From Chiloscyllium plagiosum (lineage: Eukaryota): 64,000 nt of DNA. The DNA lies in assembly GCF_004010195.1 (NCBI RefSeq), contig NC_057717.1:105274696-105338695 (forward strand), in the 5' to 3' direction. This document shows positions 52,270 to 64,000 of the stretch, piece by piece (position 1 is the stretch's first letter; each line of letters opens with the position of its first letter). A program made the position numbers and the translations under genes. Below the pieces are notes generated by a model. The model saw only the letters and a list, made by a program, of their open reading frames with translations, was not told where the DNA came from and did no database searches.

Positions 52270-52520
52270 GACCTGTCCGACCTGCCAATCTTCCTTCCCA
52301 CCTATCCGCTCCACCCTCCTCTCTGACCTATCACCTTCATCCCCATCCACCTATTGTACTCTGTGCTATCTTCTCCCCACCCCCACCCCTCTCATTTATC
52401 TCTCTACCCTGGAGCTCCCTGCCTTCAGTCCTGATGAAGGGCTTTTGCCCGAAACATCGATTTTCCTGCTTCTCAGATGCTGCCTGACCTGCTGTGCTTT
52501 TCCAGTACCACTCAAATCTA
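52270..52520 (+). mobile_element. Penelope-derived short element with minimal hammerhead core
   Basis: agtc CTGATGA agggcttttgccc GAAA catcgatt at 52427-52462. Confidence 0.7.
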
Positions 52521-52779
52521 TACCTAGTTTTGATCATGAGTCATGACTCTCTAATTATTCCTCAAGGCAGGATATCAGCATCATTGGTCAAATTTGAATT
52601 TGGACTCAAAGCAATATTGATGTTATTGTGAAATCATTTTAAAAACAGTTTTTAAACCTTGGCAAAATCCTGTAACTTATTTGGCTCTTTTTCAGGAAAG
52701 TATTTATTAATTTTGCATTAAAGCTGAGACAAACACTCCAGAATCGTAACATTCATATTGTTGTCCTTAAAAGGAATAG

Positions 52780-53175
52780 AAAAAGAGACTTGCATTTATA
52801 TGTGCCTTTCACAACCTCAAGATGTTCCAAAGTGCTTTATAGTCACTGATTCAATTCTGGAGAATTAGTCCTTGTTCTAAAGTAAGAAATGCAGCAGCCA
52901 ATTTGTGCACAAAGGTTCCACAAACATGAATATGATAATGGCCAGATCATCCAATTTTGCAAGGTTAATTCAAGGATAAACATTGACCAGGGCCATAAAT
53001 ATTGGCTCTTATTCAAACGATACATGGGAGATTTTTACAACCATTTTGGAAAATAAATGGGCCTCGATTTAACATCTCATCTGAAAGTTGGCACCTCTCG
53101 TAGAGCACCACTCTCACTAATATACTGCAGTGTTAGTGTAAATTTTGTGTTGACGTTTCTGGAGCAGAGGTGGAG
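52780..53175 (-). mobile_element. Deu-domain SINE (SacSINE1/AmnSINE1-like) relic; similar relic at ~34105-34400
   Basis: Reverse complement gaggtgccaactttcagatgagatgttaaatcgaggcc resembles the Deu core; tail gacttgcatttatatgtgcctttcacaacc. Confidence 0.65.
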
Positions 53176-53199
53176 CAGGGAGTGGCACTCTCATATGCT

Positions 53200-54290
53200 T
53201 GGTTTCTGCCTCATCTTAGTGATATGCATGTCTCAATTTTTAATGCATAATCCAGACTTCCCAGTCATTTGCCCACCACCTTCAGGTAATCTGACTTATA
53301 ATATGTATGAAGAATCAGTCAGTGCACCTTCCAATTAATGCGGCTTCAATCTTGCCCCAATTTATTTTGGTTCCCGATACCAGTTTGAATTGGTCGCAGA
53401 TGCTCATGGTTGCACACACCAATCACGGATCTGAGCTGAAAACGATAATGTCATCTATGTACAGGCAAGGACTTGACCTGCAATCCACGACTGCTGGGAC
53501 AGTTATTGCCAGCAGCCGGAGCAGGGACTCCAGTGACCAGAGACTGGAGCAGGGAGCAGGGACTCCCCTCCCTCCCCCAAAAGGTCTGCTGTGGAAAGCC
53601 CTTTTAACCATTTTTTCTGACCTGTATAACGAAGGATTGTACCTAGGTACTCTACTTAAGATGGTGCTGTAAGTGGTGACTTATAAACTTTTCATTGTAC
53701 TTGTTTAAATACTTGTGACAAGAAAGCTAATTCAAGAAAGCAATTTCACTCTCAAGTCCCATCCTCCCCAATGGACTTGTCAAATGATCTCTACAATACA
53801 CAAACAAGGCAGGAGAGAGAGGGCAACCGTTCCTGGGTTTGAGTGGGAAGTATTTTGATTCCCATCCATTGAGGCTGCAGTACTGGTGTTTGTATAGAAC
53901 AGTCAGATCCAATTGTGGATTTCTTCCCAGAGCCCATTGCTGAGAACACATCCATCATGTAGGTGTACAATATTCTGTTAAAAGCCTTCTCCTGGTCCAG
54001 ATTAAAAGGCACCCCTTCCTGCTACAACTCCCCTTTCCCAACCCCTCCCCCCCCTCATTTTTCACATAGGTGATTGTATCCCTGAGTAGTGTGTGGCTGT
54101 CCAAGATCTTCATGCATGATACAGCACAGGTTTGGACAGGGTGAAGCACTGACCCCAGAGCACAGCCGATCTGGCTGGCAGTGACCTTGGACAGAATTTT
54201 GAAACCTGCATTCAGCAGTGAAATTGTCGCCAATTCCTAAGTTCCTCCTTCTCCTTTCTGCTTGTGATGATGTCCTCCCCTCATGAATCC
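53200..54290 (-). mobile_element. Old Tx1/L1-clade RT fragment
   Basis: ISLLNAGFKILSKV..LHPVQTCAV..LLRDTI; NLDQEKAFNRI; GCPLSPALFV; LYIDDIIVF. Confidence 0.82.
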
Positions 54291-55584
54291 ATTCACTGGA
54301 CCAATATGTAGGCCTGAGTACATTCTTTACTTTTGTGTTGAACCATCTGTTGGAACCTTTTTCATTCACACGGTAACAATAACAACACTGTTTTCCCTTA
54401 GTTTTTATCATCATAATGGTTGAACGGTTAATTTGTTTATTACCTTAAAGATACTGAAGAAAAATTAATAATTTGTTACTGCTGATTTCATTCTGTACTA
54501 ATTGAATGTAAATAGGTTAAAGCTTATGTCCAACAGCTACATGGCCCTTGGTATTGTAACAGCAAACAGCAGCCTGAGAAGCAGATGTGTTATCATGTTA
54601 ACCATTGACAATCTACTATCTGATTGTCTCTGTTTAATGAAGGAGCAAGTCATAAAACCAGGAGAAAAGTGCTTCTCAAACAACCTGCTGGAGATTAAGC
54701 TTAAATGAAAGATTTTACAGATAACAAGGCTTCTGTTGAGCTTCATTTTAACTGCCTGTACTCCCTTGGCTTCCTTTAATTTGACCACAGATTTGTTTTG
54801 GATTGTTGCTCTGTGTGTCCATCAATATCTATCCGCCTTTTTCCAATTCTCCAAGTGTTCTTAGGTTTTCCTGCGCCATTCTGTTTTATCTCCCTTTGAA
54901 ATACTGACTGTAAGCATCTCGATGATTGAAAACTCTCTGTTTGATTCAAGAGAAGTATAGTACTGAGCTAATCCAAAAGTACTTTTCCATTTACTCTTGA
55001 GGAACATGCTGCTTTCATTTGGCATTATAGTGAACAATTTGCATTATGCAAACAATCAGAGCTGATTACAGAAATGTTTTGGGACATCCATAAAATCAGG
55101 AAATAAGAAATATGAGGAAAACGTCCTTTAGACCCGAGAGGCCTACTGTACATATCTGACCTCTCCTACACACTGCCTGCCTGCCTATATATACACACAC
55201 ACACTCACACACACACACATAGCCTTTAACATAAAAATCTCAAGATGCTTTCAAGGAGAATTAGAACACAAGATATGAGAGGAACATATCATGTTACCTC
55301 TGGAATGCTTGATAGTTATTCCATATATTACTAACAGAATATTTTTATTGAAAAGTAATCTTTTTCTCCCCACCCTGTAATATCCTTAGATCAGCTAGAG
55401 CTAAAAAATCTGGCAAGTGTCACCTCCACAATTTAAAGGTAAGGAGACACTGGAATTATTTCGTTAAAATGTATGAGACGTGGATGGCATATAGCTAAAG
55501 GAAACAGATAGACCAGAGTAGGAGGAATAGTGGGAGAGAACAGGTTAATTGGTATTGGTTATGTTATGTACAATTTTGCTCCCT

Positions 55585-56070
55585 TTATTTGAGGAGGGTT
55601 GTAGTTGTTTTGGAGGCAGTACAGAGGAGGTTCAGGAGATTGATTCCAGAGATGAGGTGTTTATCTTATGCAGAAAGATTGAGCAGAGATTTAGGTCTAT
55701 ACTCACTGGAGTTTAGAATGAGAAGCGGTGAAAAGATACTAAAGGGGATTGATAAATTAGACATTTCCTCGTGGGAAACGAGAAGTCATAGGTTTAGGAT
55801 AAGGGGTAGCAGATGTAAAATGGGGATGAGGAGAAATGACTTCTCTCAAAGCAAAGTAAATCTGTGGAATTCACTACCCCAGATTGTGGTGAATGTTGTG
55901 ACGTTGAGTAAATTTAAGGAATAAACAGATAGATTTTTAATTAGTAATGGCTAAAGGGTTATGGAGAGTGGCAAGAAAATGAGATAAGATCAGCCATTAG
56001 GGTTAGTGTTAGGGTGATCGGGTCAAGGGGCTGAATTGCCTACTCCTGCTCTTCTTCTTATGTTCTTATT
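55585..56070 (+). mobile_element. CR1 LINE 3' fragment
   Basis: LEAVQRRFRRLIPEMRCLSYAERL; NLWNSLPQ; tail cctactcctgctcttcttcttatgttctta. Confidence 0.85.
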
Positions 56071-57529
56071 GTTCTCATGTACCAAAATGTATATTAAACC
56101 TAAGGAAGGATATATTGCTCTTGTAGGGAGTTGGACGCATAGTTTTGTGAAATTTATACAGTACTTGGACTTCAAGGATTAAGTTACTTAAGAGATTATA
56201 CAAACTCGGGGTTAGTACATCTGAAATTACTTTCTCTATCACAATGTATTATTCTGTCGCAGTAGTCGTTATCTAATTCTTCCAATTGTTCTGTAAGAAG
56301 TAAGTATTCAGGACAAGAGGAGATAAAAAATCTGTGTCAGATGACTGAGCACTAAACAATTGAATAAGATTTGTTCAACTATTGTCCCCACAAGTTCTGT
56401 TCTGAGCATATTTGGTAGCTTAGAATTAATGCCATAAGCCTGAATGTACAGTTTTAACTAATTCAAAATCTCCACTTATCTGATTAGGATGACTGTGACC
56501 TAGAAATTAACTTTGTGGATTCTAATGTTGTGCAGACTGAAGTATTGTGATCATATGTAAATATTTGTACACCCAGTGTGCACTCAACCTTCCAATTCGA
56601 CTCATTTGTAAGTTTGTTCATGATTGATCCAATGTGTGTGTGGTATGAAATAATGTGAACAAGGAAGAATTCGACTTTTACCAGGGTTATTTAGATATTG
56701 TTTTGATAATTGGCAGTGGGGTAATGACAAGCCACATTATGGCTTAAAAAGAATGGATTTAAATGATCCACAATCAAACGAATAAAGCAAATCACAGAAA
56801 ATCCAGTCTGCCGCCTGAATTGTTACTTGTGCACATCAGTAGGTGCTGGGCTGCACAGTGAAAATGATAAATGTATTAGTCCTTTGTCATTTATGTTTCT
56901 GTAATAGTCTGCAGTAGCTAAGTGTGATAGATGGCTCTATGCAAATACAGCATTTTACTTAGAGACAAGAAACTTGAAAAGTGCATTGGATTTAATGAAA
57001 ATTAGCCAACATTTGCGTAACTTTTGCATAATGTTCTTATTGTAAGAATCCTTCATCAAGATTTTTCAAAATTATGAAACATTTTTCAAATTTTCTTTGA
57101 GCTATGTGAAAACTGGCCACCTCCTGTTCTGCAGCATCATGTACAGATAAAAACTTTGATAGTGATAAATTTTAGTTCACTGAAACCATTTTATTTCTTG
57201 TTATATATTTCATCCTCTGCTAATCACCAAACAGTAAATTGATTTCTGCTTCTGACATTTGGATACACTCATGGCAATGACAATCATACTAATCATTTTG
57301 TCCTAATCCTCCCACACATTTTCACAAAAATCTATCAGATTACCAGCCCCCTTCAAATGTTCAGATGAATAATGTGGTTGGAATGCTAAGGAATAAAAGG
57401 TTTATTTTCCATTTAGTGAACACTTCTAATCCATTCAACAAACCATACAATTGCTTCTTCAATATAGTTTAGACTTTGATTTTTTAAAGTTTTTTATTTA
57501 AGTAGTAGTTATGGACCTACATGTCGCAA

Positions 57530-57715
57530 TGTAGAACTGACCCATGCAGAGTAGAAAGATCTCATGCTTTGAGCTAACTGGTCTTAGATGTAGGGATAGT
57601 AGGGTCAATACATTAGCTCACAATGATGCTTATCTAGAGAGGGGAAATTAACGAATGTTGTGGCTTGTGCTTACTATTCCATGACTGTTGCTGGAAAGTA
57701 ATTATATATGGATAT
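57530..57715 (+). mobile_element. LF-SINE-like ancient SINE relic (second copy ~59990-60180)
   Basis: gaactgacccatgcagagtagaaagatctc..gagctaactggtctt..gaggggaaatta..tgactgttgctggaaagt resembles LF-SINE as I recall it; heavily diverged. Confidence 0.45.
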
Positions 57716-59339
57716 TGGTAAAGATTATTTCAAAGATTAATAGGCTATTCATAATCATGCCTAAAGCTCAGAAATGATCACTGACACTTGATGATAAGAA
57801 AAAACTCCCATATTTATTCATCTATTCTCATTCTCCACCTATCGTCACTAAATCTTAAGGAGAGAAGAAATAACTATCTTCAAAATGATTATCACAATAT
57901 ACACTTGCCATTTCGACAGGAAAAACAGTGGCATTGTTGTGCATCATCTACTTAATGTGCTGTGGTATCTTGACAAACCTCCTTCAACATTTAGAAGGAC
58001 AAGGACAAAAGTTAAATGGGAACACAATTACCTTCCCCTTCCCCTTCAAGGCAGCACAATGTGTGTGTGTGTGTGTATGTGTAAATCTGGAACTCCCTTC
58101 CTAACAACACTATAGATTTCCTTATAGTACATGACCAGTATTTCAAAAACATGACTCATCGCCACTTTTTCAAGTGGTTAGGAATGAACAACAAACATTG
58201 GGCTAACTTATGATGTCCACATCACATAAATACTCTTTATAAAGATAATGCAATAAGAATTTTTTTTCCATTTTGCTTTTGAAGTTTTGAAATTGCTTTT
58301 TGTAAAATGGCACATCTATAGTTTCTCAGAGAACCAAAGGAAAGGAGGTCAGAATCAGAAGAGGTGCTGAAAAGCTGAAAGCATGATTTATGAGGCAGGT
58401 TTTCAGGATGCTCTTGAAAGTGTGGTGACAGACCACTTCACCGTGGTAATTTTAAATAGTCTCCTGTCCTATAAAACATGTACCACTAGGCATTGTGTTT
58501 TATGGTAACAGCATTCACAATAACTGCCAAAGCATTCCATCTCCTTGATGTACAATGACGATTGTGTCATTGACATCTTTGCTATCATTGCTCTCAAGGT
58601 TATCAATAAATCATTTGTGACTTAATTAATGAAAAAGTCTAAGGAATACCCAGATCGAAAGACAAAGTTTAATGTAGAAGGACGTTGTACACTTGGTTAA
58701 GGAACCACAGATTGATACTTGTGATAATGTTAGCTTCCTCATGTCCTCTTTGCAACATTTATTTTCTCCCCAAATTAATTGCAATTAAGTCCTATTGATG
58801 AACACTTTCAAACACTTGTTTCTCAGCCTGTGAGTAGGAACACACTAGAGTGTCAGGCGCAAATTGAAATTAGGTGATGACTGAGTGGAGAATGATCTCC
58901 AATACCACTTCTCATAAATTTCCCCAAGGATAGAGCAGCTTTCAAGATGCAAGTATGTCTAACTCACTGATGTCTCACTGATGCCTCTGTTTTTAATTAA
59001 AATGTAAACCATGCTTTTGGATCAATAAGGAAAATTTTAGTTACTAAGTAATCTACTTAGTATCTTGTTTCGAACTGAGTTTCTGAAATGTCAGTGGTGT
59101 CTGCTGCATTATTTCTTTTATCCAGTTTATTTCATATTTTCATATTCCTATTTTGTGGGGGGAAATCACTAGCCTTGGAATCAGAGTCGGGGTTCAATGA
59201 CAGAGTTTATTGTACAAGGAAATACCAGAGCTCTGGGGAGAGAAAGACACTAATAACAGTGATCAGCTGTGAGTGTTTTCTCAACCTAAAGCACATGTCA
59301 AGATACGTTTATACATTTTGTGATATAATAGGCCAGTGA

Positions 59340-59900
59340 TGAGGTTATTGTCTCTTCAGCAAAGTTTGTTTATTGTAAACATTGCAGTATCATGCAGTCA
59401 TTGTCAGTTCCAGCGCATCCTTTTGTTAATTTCAGTGTGGTCATTGTCAGTTTCAGTGCAGACATTGTCAGTTTCAATGTCTGCGGGAAAGTCCATTGCT
59501 ATAATAATGGACACTAATCGCTCTTCTTGAAAGAGATGATGACTGCAGCGCTGGCTATTATCACTTTGTATTTGGTCCATATCAAACAGTTAACATTTCT
59601 ATCAAAGGTGTTGGTTGGACCCAGACACTTCAGCGAGCAGTCTACGCTACTCATGTGTATTCTCTCCCCCCACCCCCCCGCCCACCTTAAACTAATCAAC
59701 TAGGTTGTGAGTGCATTCTGTTGGCCGCAGACAGCATTTGTGTTTGCTCTGCTGTCTCTCTCTCTCTCCATATTGTGGTCCGGTGGCAATCTTGTGTGTC
59801 AAGTGGCCAACTGATGGCACAGTAGCCATCTTGTGTGTCCGTGTGCCTAGTGTCACCCTGCCCCGTGCCATTTCCCACTTTACCTATTACACTTGAATGT
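59340..59900. promoter_or_regulatory. Candidate conserved non-coding element / enhancer
   Basis: Unique and CpG-retaining; three CATTGTCAGTT; ATCAAAG at 59601; YY1-like GCCATCTTG at 59825; several inverted repeats. Confidence 0.5.
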
Positions 59901-60409
59901 CTTTGAGAAATGAAATCAGTCTGGATTGTTCCTAATGACAAATTGATTGTTCCTCTGATAGTTCACTTGTATTGACAACGACGTGTGTGAAATTGAGCAT
60001 AAAGAACAGGTGAGAGACCTAGGTTAGATCTCCAGTTTATGCTAAGGTAGGCAATTTCTTTGCTGTGACCACAGTGTGTGCTATTAATAGCTCCAATGCC
60101 CTTGAACAAACAAGGAAAATTACCGTAGGCTCCTACTGATCATTTTCCATGAACACCAGCCACCAGCATGTGGGAAGCATATGTTTATTGATATGTTATA
60201 CAAGTATCTATTATTGACTCTATGTTATTTGAGTAAGTCCAAGCTATGAATTATTTCTTCATCTTCTGTTTGTCCTCTCATAACTGAAGATTCTGATTCA
60301 GGATTGATGTCAATCCTTTAAGATCATAAATTAACTGTTAATGCTGAGTTCAATTATAATCACTGGCCATACAAGTTTGAAGAATGGCAGATTCTTCTGC
60401 ATCATCAGC

Positions 60410-60752
60410 TTTTGGTCCTAGCTGCCAACATAATCAAAGACCCCTCCCACCCCGGTCATATTCTCTTCCACCTTCTTCTATCAGACAAAAGCTACAAAAG
60501 TTGTGAAAATGCATACCAACAGATTAAAGGACAATTTCTTCCGTCCTGTTATCAGACTTATGAACGGACCACTCAGATATTAAGGTGAATCTTTGTCTGC
60601 ACCTTCTCTGTAGCTGTAACACTATATTTTGCATTCTGTTCTATTACCCAGATGTACTTATGTAAATCATGATTTGTCTGGTTAGCACACAAAACAATAC
60701 TTTTCACTGCATCTTGGGACATGTGACAATAATAAATCAAATCAAATCAAAA
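60410..60752 (+). mobile_element. Rex1/Babar-like LINE 3' end
   Basis: atcaaagacccctcccaccccggtcatattctcttc (IKDPSHPGHILF); tail aataaa(tcaaa)n. Confidence 0.65.
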
Positions 60753-61814
60753 AATGTTACTCAAGTAAGTCCAAGCTATGAGTGATTTCATCATCTCCTG
60801 GTCATCCTCTCATGACTGAAGATTCCAATGCAGAAGTGGCATCAACATCACCACTTTTGGCCTTCCTCTATACATCAATTATTAAGCCTTGGTATTTGAA
60901 ACACAGTAAACTAAGTTTTGATGGTTGCCCCAACACTGACCAGTTGGCTACTATGTGTTTACAAGAGAGGAGTTCCGCAATACAAAGGATTATAAGGCTT
61001 TCTTTTAGGCTTGCCAGCTTCAAACCAGAATATTGAAAGGTTTAACTTTTGTTTTCTTTATGTTTATACATCTCCAGCTTGAAGTAGGACAAATAGGATG
61101 CAGAACATTATGTAGTAAATCCTCTACTACATTTTATCAAGTACCATGTGATGGCAATGTAGCTTATCGGGGGTAATATCTAAAGAATTCTTGAATGGCG
61201 GTTGCTCATAATGTGCCTAACAGTTTGAAACATTTCTTACAAACAAGCCATTTTGGAATTTTTAATCTTCTAATTCCACATTATGAATTGTCTGTATTTT
61301 TCATCTGTATTTTTAGAGCAAATCTACATGAATATAAATCCAGTCTTCTGTGAGGTAGAGGAGTCAGTGATGGCTGGTTCTGTGCTGCATAGATTAAATA
61401 ATGCAGTTATAGTGCTGAGGTTATAAAGGTAATGCTTCTATTTTCTTTAATATGCTCATTATCTGCATTGTAAGTCTTCATGCTCAAATAAGTTGAACAT
61501 AAGCTAAAAACACTTTGTCTTCAAGAGACATTATTTGGAAAGATCATCCAGTGTATCAGGAGGTAAATATATGAAGTTGTGTGACATATTTTCAGCAAAT
61601 TTGTAGTTTAATCTACAACCTATGGTGGCATTGAAGTTGTAGTGAGGGGTCTGGGAGATTCTACAGTTAGCGTTTCACAACCAGGCTAAAACAGAGGAAG
61701 GAGTGTCCAAATGAATTTTCCTTTTCCACAAGATTTCCACACCCTTTGTGGATGTGTTAATTGTTTTAAAAAGTCACAAGCTAAATTAAGCACTCTCAGT
61801 TTGTTCTTTAAGTT

Positions 61815-63260
61815 AGCCACAGGTGAGGTACCAAAAGATGGGTTGTTGGCTAACATGGTGACTTTATTTAAGAAAGGTGGTAAGAAGAAACAGGGAACTA
61901 TAGACCGGTGAGCCTGACATCAGTGATGGATAAGTTGTTGGAGGGGATTCTGAGAGATAGAATTTATAGGTATTTGGAAAGGTAAGGACTGATTAGGTAA
62001 AGTCAATGTGGTTTTGTGCATGTGAAATCATGTCTCACTAACTTGATTGAGTTTTTTGAAGATGTGATGAAGAGGATTGATGAAGGCAGAGCAGTGGACA
62101 TAATTTATGTGGACTTCAATAAAGTGTTCGACAATGTTCTGCATGGGAGAATAGTTAACAATGTTAGATCATGTGGAATACAGGAAAAACTAGCCATTTG
62201 GATACAAAAGTGGCTTGAAGATAGGAAACAGAGGATGGTGCTTTTTGAACTGGAGGCATGTGATGAGCGGTGTGTTACAAGGATCAATGCTGGGTCATTT
62301 ATATAAATGGTTTGGATGTGAATATAGGAAATATTGTTAGTAAGGTTGCAGATGACACCAAAATAGGTGGTGTAGTGGACAACAGAAAAGGTTACCTGAG
62401 TAAACAGGACTTTGATTAGATGGGCCAAAAAGCCAAGGAGTACCAGATGGAGTTTAATCTAGATAAATGTGAGATGCTATGTTGTCGTAGGGCAAATAGG
62501 GGCAGGTCTTATACACTTAATTGTAAGATCCTGTGGAGTGTTCTGAAACAAAGAGACCTTGGAGTGCAGGATCATAGTTCCTTGAAAGTGCAGTCGCAGG
62601 TAGACAGGATAGTGAAGAAGGCTTTTGGTACACTTGCTTTTATTGGTCAGTGCATTGAGTATAGGAGTTGGGAGGTCATGTTGCAGTGGTATAGGACATT
62701 GGTTAAGCCAGTTTGGAATACTGTGCTCAATTTCTGCTATAGGAATGATGTTGTGAAACTTGAAAGGGTTCAAAAAAGATTTACAAGGATATTGCAGTGA
62801 TTGGAGAGTTTGAGCTTTAGGGAGAGGCTAAATAGGCTGGGGCTATTTTCCCTGGAGCATCGGAGGCTAGAGGGGTGACCTTATGCAAATTTATAAAATC
62901 ATGAGGGACATGGATAGGGTGACTAGTGAAGTTCTTTTCCTCAGGATAGGGTGTCCAAAACTAGAAGGCATAAGTTTAAGGTGAGTGGTGAAAGATTTAA
63001 AAGGTACCAAAGGGTCGACATTTTCATGCAATGGATAGAGCACGTATGGAGTGAATTGTCAAAAAAAGTGGTGGTGGCTGATAAAATTACAAAATATAAA
63101 AGGCATCTGGATGGGTGCATGAATAGGAAGGGTTTCAGAGGGACATGGACCAAATGCTACCAAATGGGACTAGGTTAATTTCAGATATCTGGTCAGCATG
63201 CATGAGTTAGACCAAAAGGTCTGCTTCCATGCTGTACATCTCTATGACTGTATGACTCTA
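61815..63260 (+). mobile_element. CR1 LINE, 5'-truncated
   Basis: GEVPKD..ANMVTLFKKG; KSCLTNLIEFFEDV; QRDLGVQDHSSLKV; (ctatgact)n tail. Confidence 0.92.
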
Positions 63261-63789
63261 TATGTGAATTAAGTTAGATAAAAGAGGTTGAAGAAGGTTT
63301 GTGTAGAGCACAAAGATTGGTATAGATCTGTTGGACTAAATTTCCTGGAATTATGAATACTATGTAATGGTGCCAGGGACCCTCCCGACCTAAGTGAGAA
63401 CTCTATTAGGATCAGTTTGTGATGATTGAATCCCCTGCTAACCTTCAACAATCAAACCTATCTCCCAGGTGATAGTATGGTCCACTGAGTGGCTGGACTA
63501 TCTGGAAGTTGCTATAGGAAACTCCAGCCATTTTGAACACTTGAGTTTCATTTGTGTCACATTAGCCAAATAAATGATACTTTGGCAGATCATGTTGCTG
63601 TGTTGAAATATCAGTTTCAATGTGGCACGGTGCAGTTTCTGATGGAAATTTAGGTAAAGTGCCATGAATAAGATTCTTTCATTCTATAAAAGGATTTTAA
63701 TAACAGGTGACTCTTCAGATTGCTAACATTAATCAGGCAACAAGGTTTTAAAGTGTATCTAATAACAAGAAGAAATATTCAAAAGAAAA

Positions 63790-63895
63790 GAGTTCTGAGG
63801 AAGGGTCACTGGACCTGAAACATTCACTCTGCTTTCTCTCCACAGATGCTGCCAAACCTGCTGAATTTTTCCAGCAATTTCTGTTTTTGTTTCAA
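63790..63895 (+). mobile_element. Penelope-derived short relic (related pieces at ~13793-13870 and 28650-28775)
   Basis: ctgaggaagggtcactggacctgaaac..tctctccacagatgctgcc..acctgctg. Confidence 0.6.
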
Positions 63896-64000
63896 AAGCC
63901 ATTGTGTGATTTTTGCAATCCAGTGATTTGAGACATCAGTCTCCTTCTTGGTGACAGATCAGAACAGTCCTTATTTGTTATTTGGGGTCAGTCATAAACA

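Noticed and set aside
59535..59640. C/D snoRNA (ATGATGA box C)
   Set aside because: No CTGA D box with a terminal stem at a suitable distance.

Overview
Eukaryotic, repeat-dense vertebrate DNA, almost certainly a shark or other elasmobranch. The evidence is HE1-type V-SINEs sharing 3' tails with CR1/HER1-type LINEs, plus Deu-domain and LF-SINE-like relics. It comes from a gapped assembly: the four N-gaps all fall inside young retroelements. I could not recognise any host protein-coding exon. Most of the supplied ORFs are decayed retroelement fragments, their antisense frames, or N-spanning artefacts; the rest are short frames with no recognisable product. The window contains many CR1 copies, L2/Crack-like LINE relics, Tx1 (L1-clade) pieces and Penelope-like elements with minimal hammerhead cores. 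It also holds a decayed near-full-length Gmr1-type Gypsy element (PRO-INT-RT-RH order), solo LTRs, two CpG-rich candidate promoters (one built from a 43-bp minisatellite) and several enhancer-like unique blocks. The most unusual structure is at 6.3-9.6 kb. A solo LTR is split at one ~10-bp site by a tandem stack of same-orientation Tx1 and non-autonomous insertions, each delimited by a copy of that site. One of these carries a Gypsy integrase-PPT-LTR remnant fused to a polyA tail, which suggests an LTR-targeting LINE system. Repeat boundaries were read by eye and are approximate; family names are from recalled motifs, not database searches.
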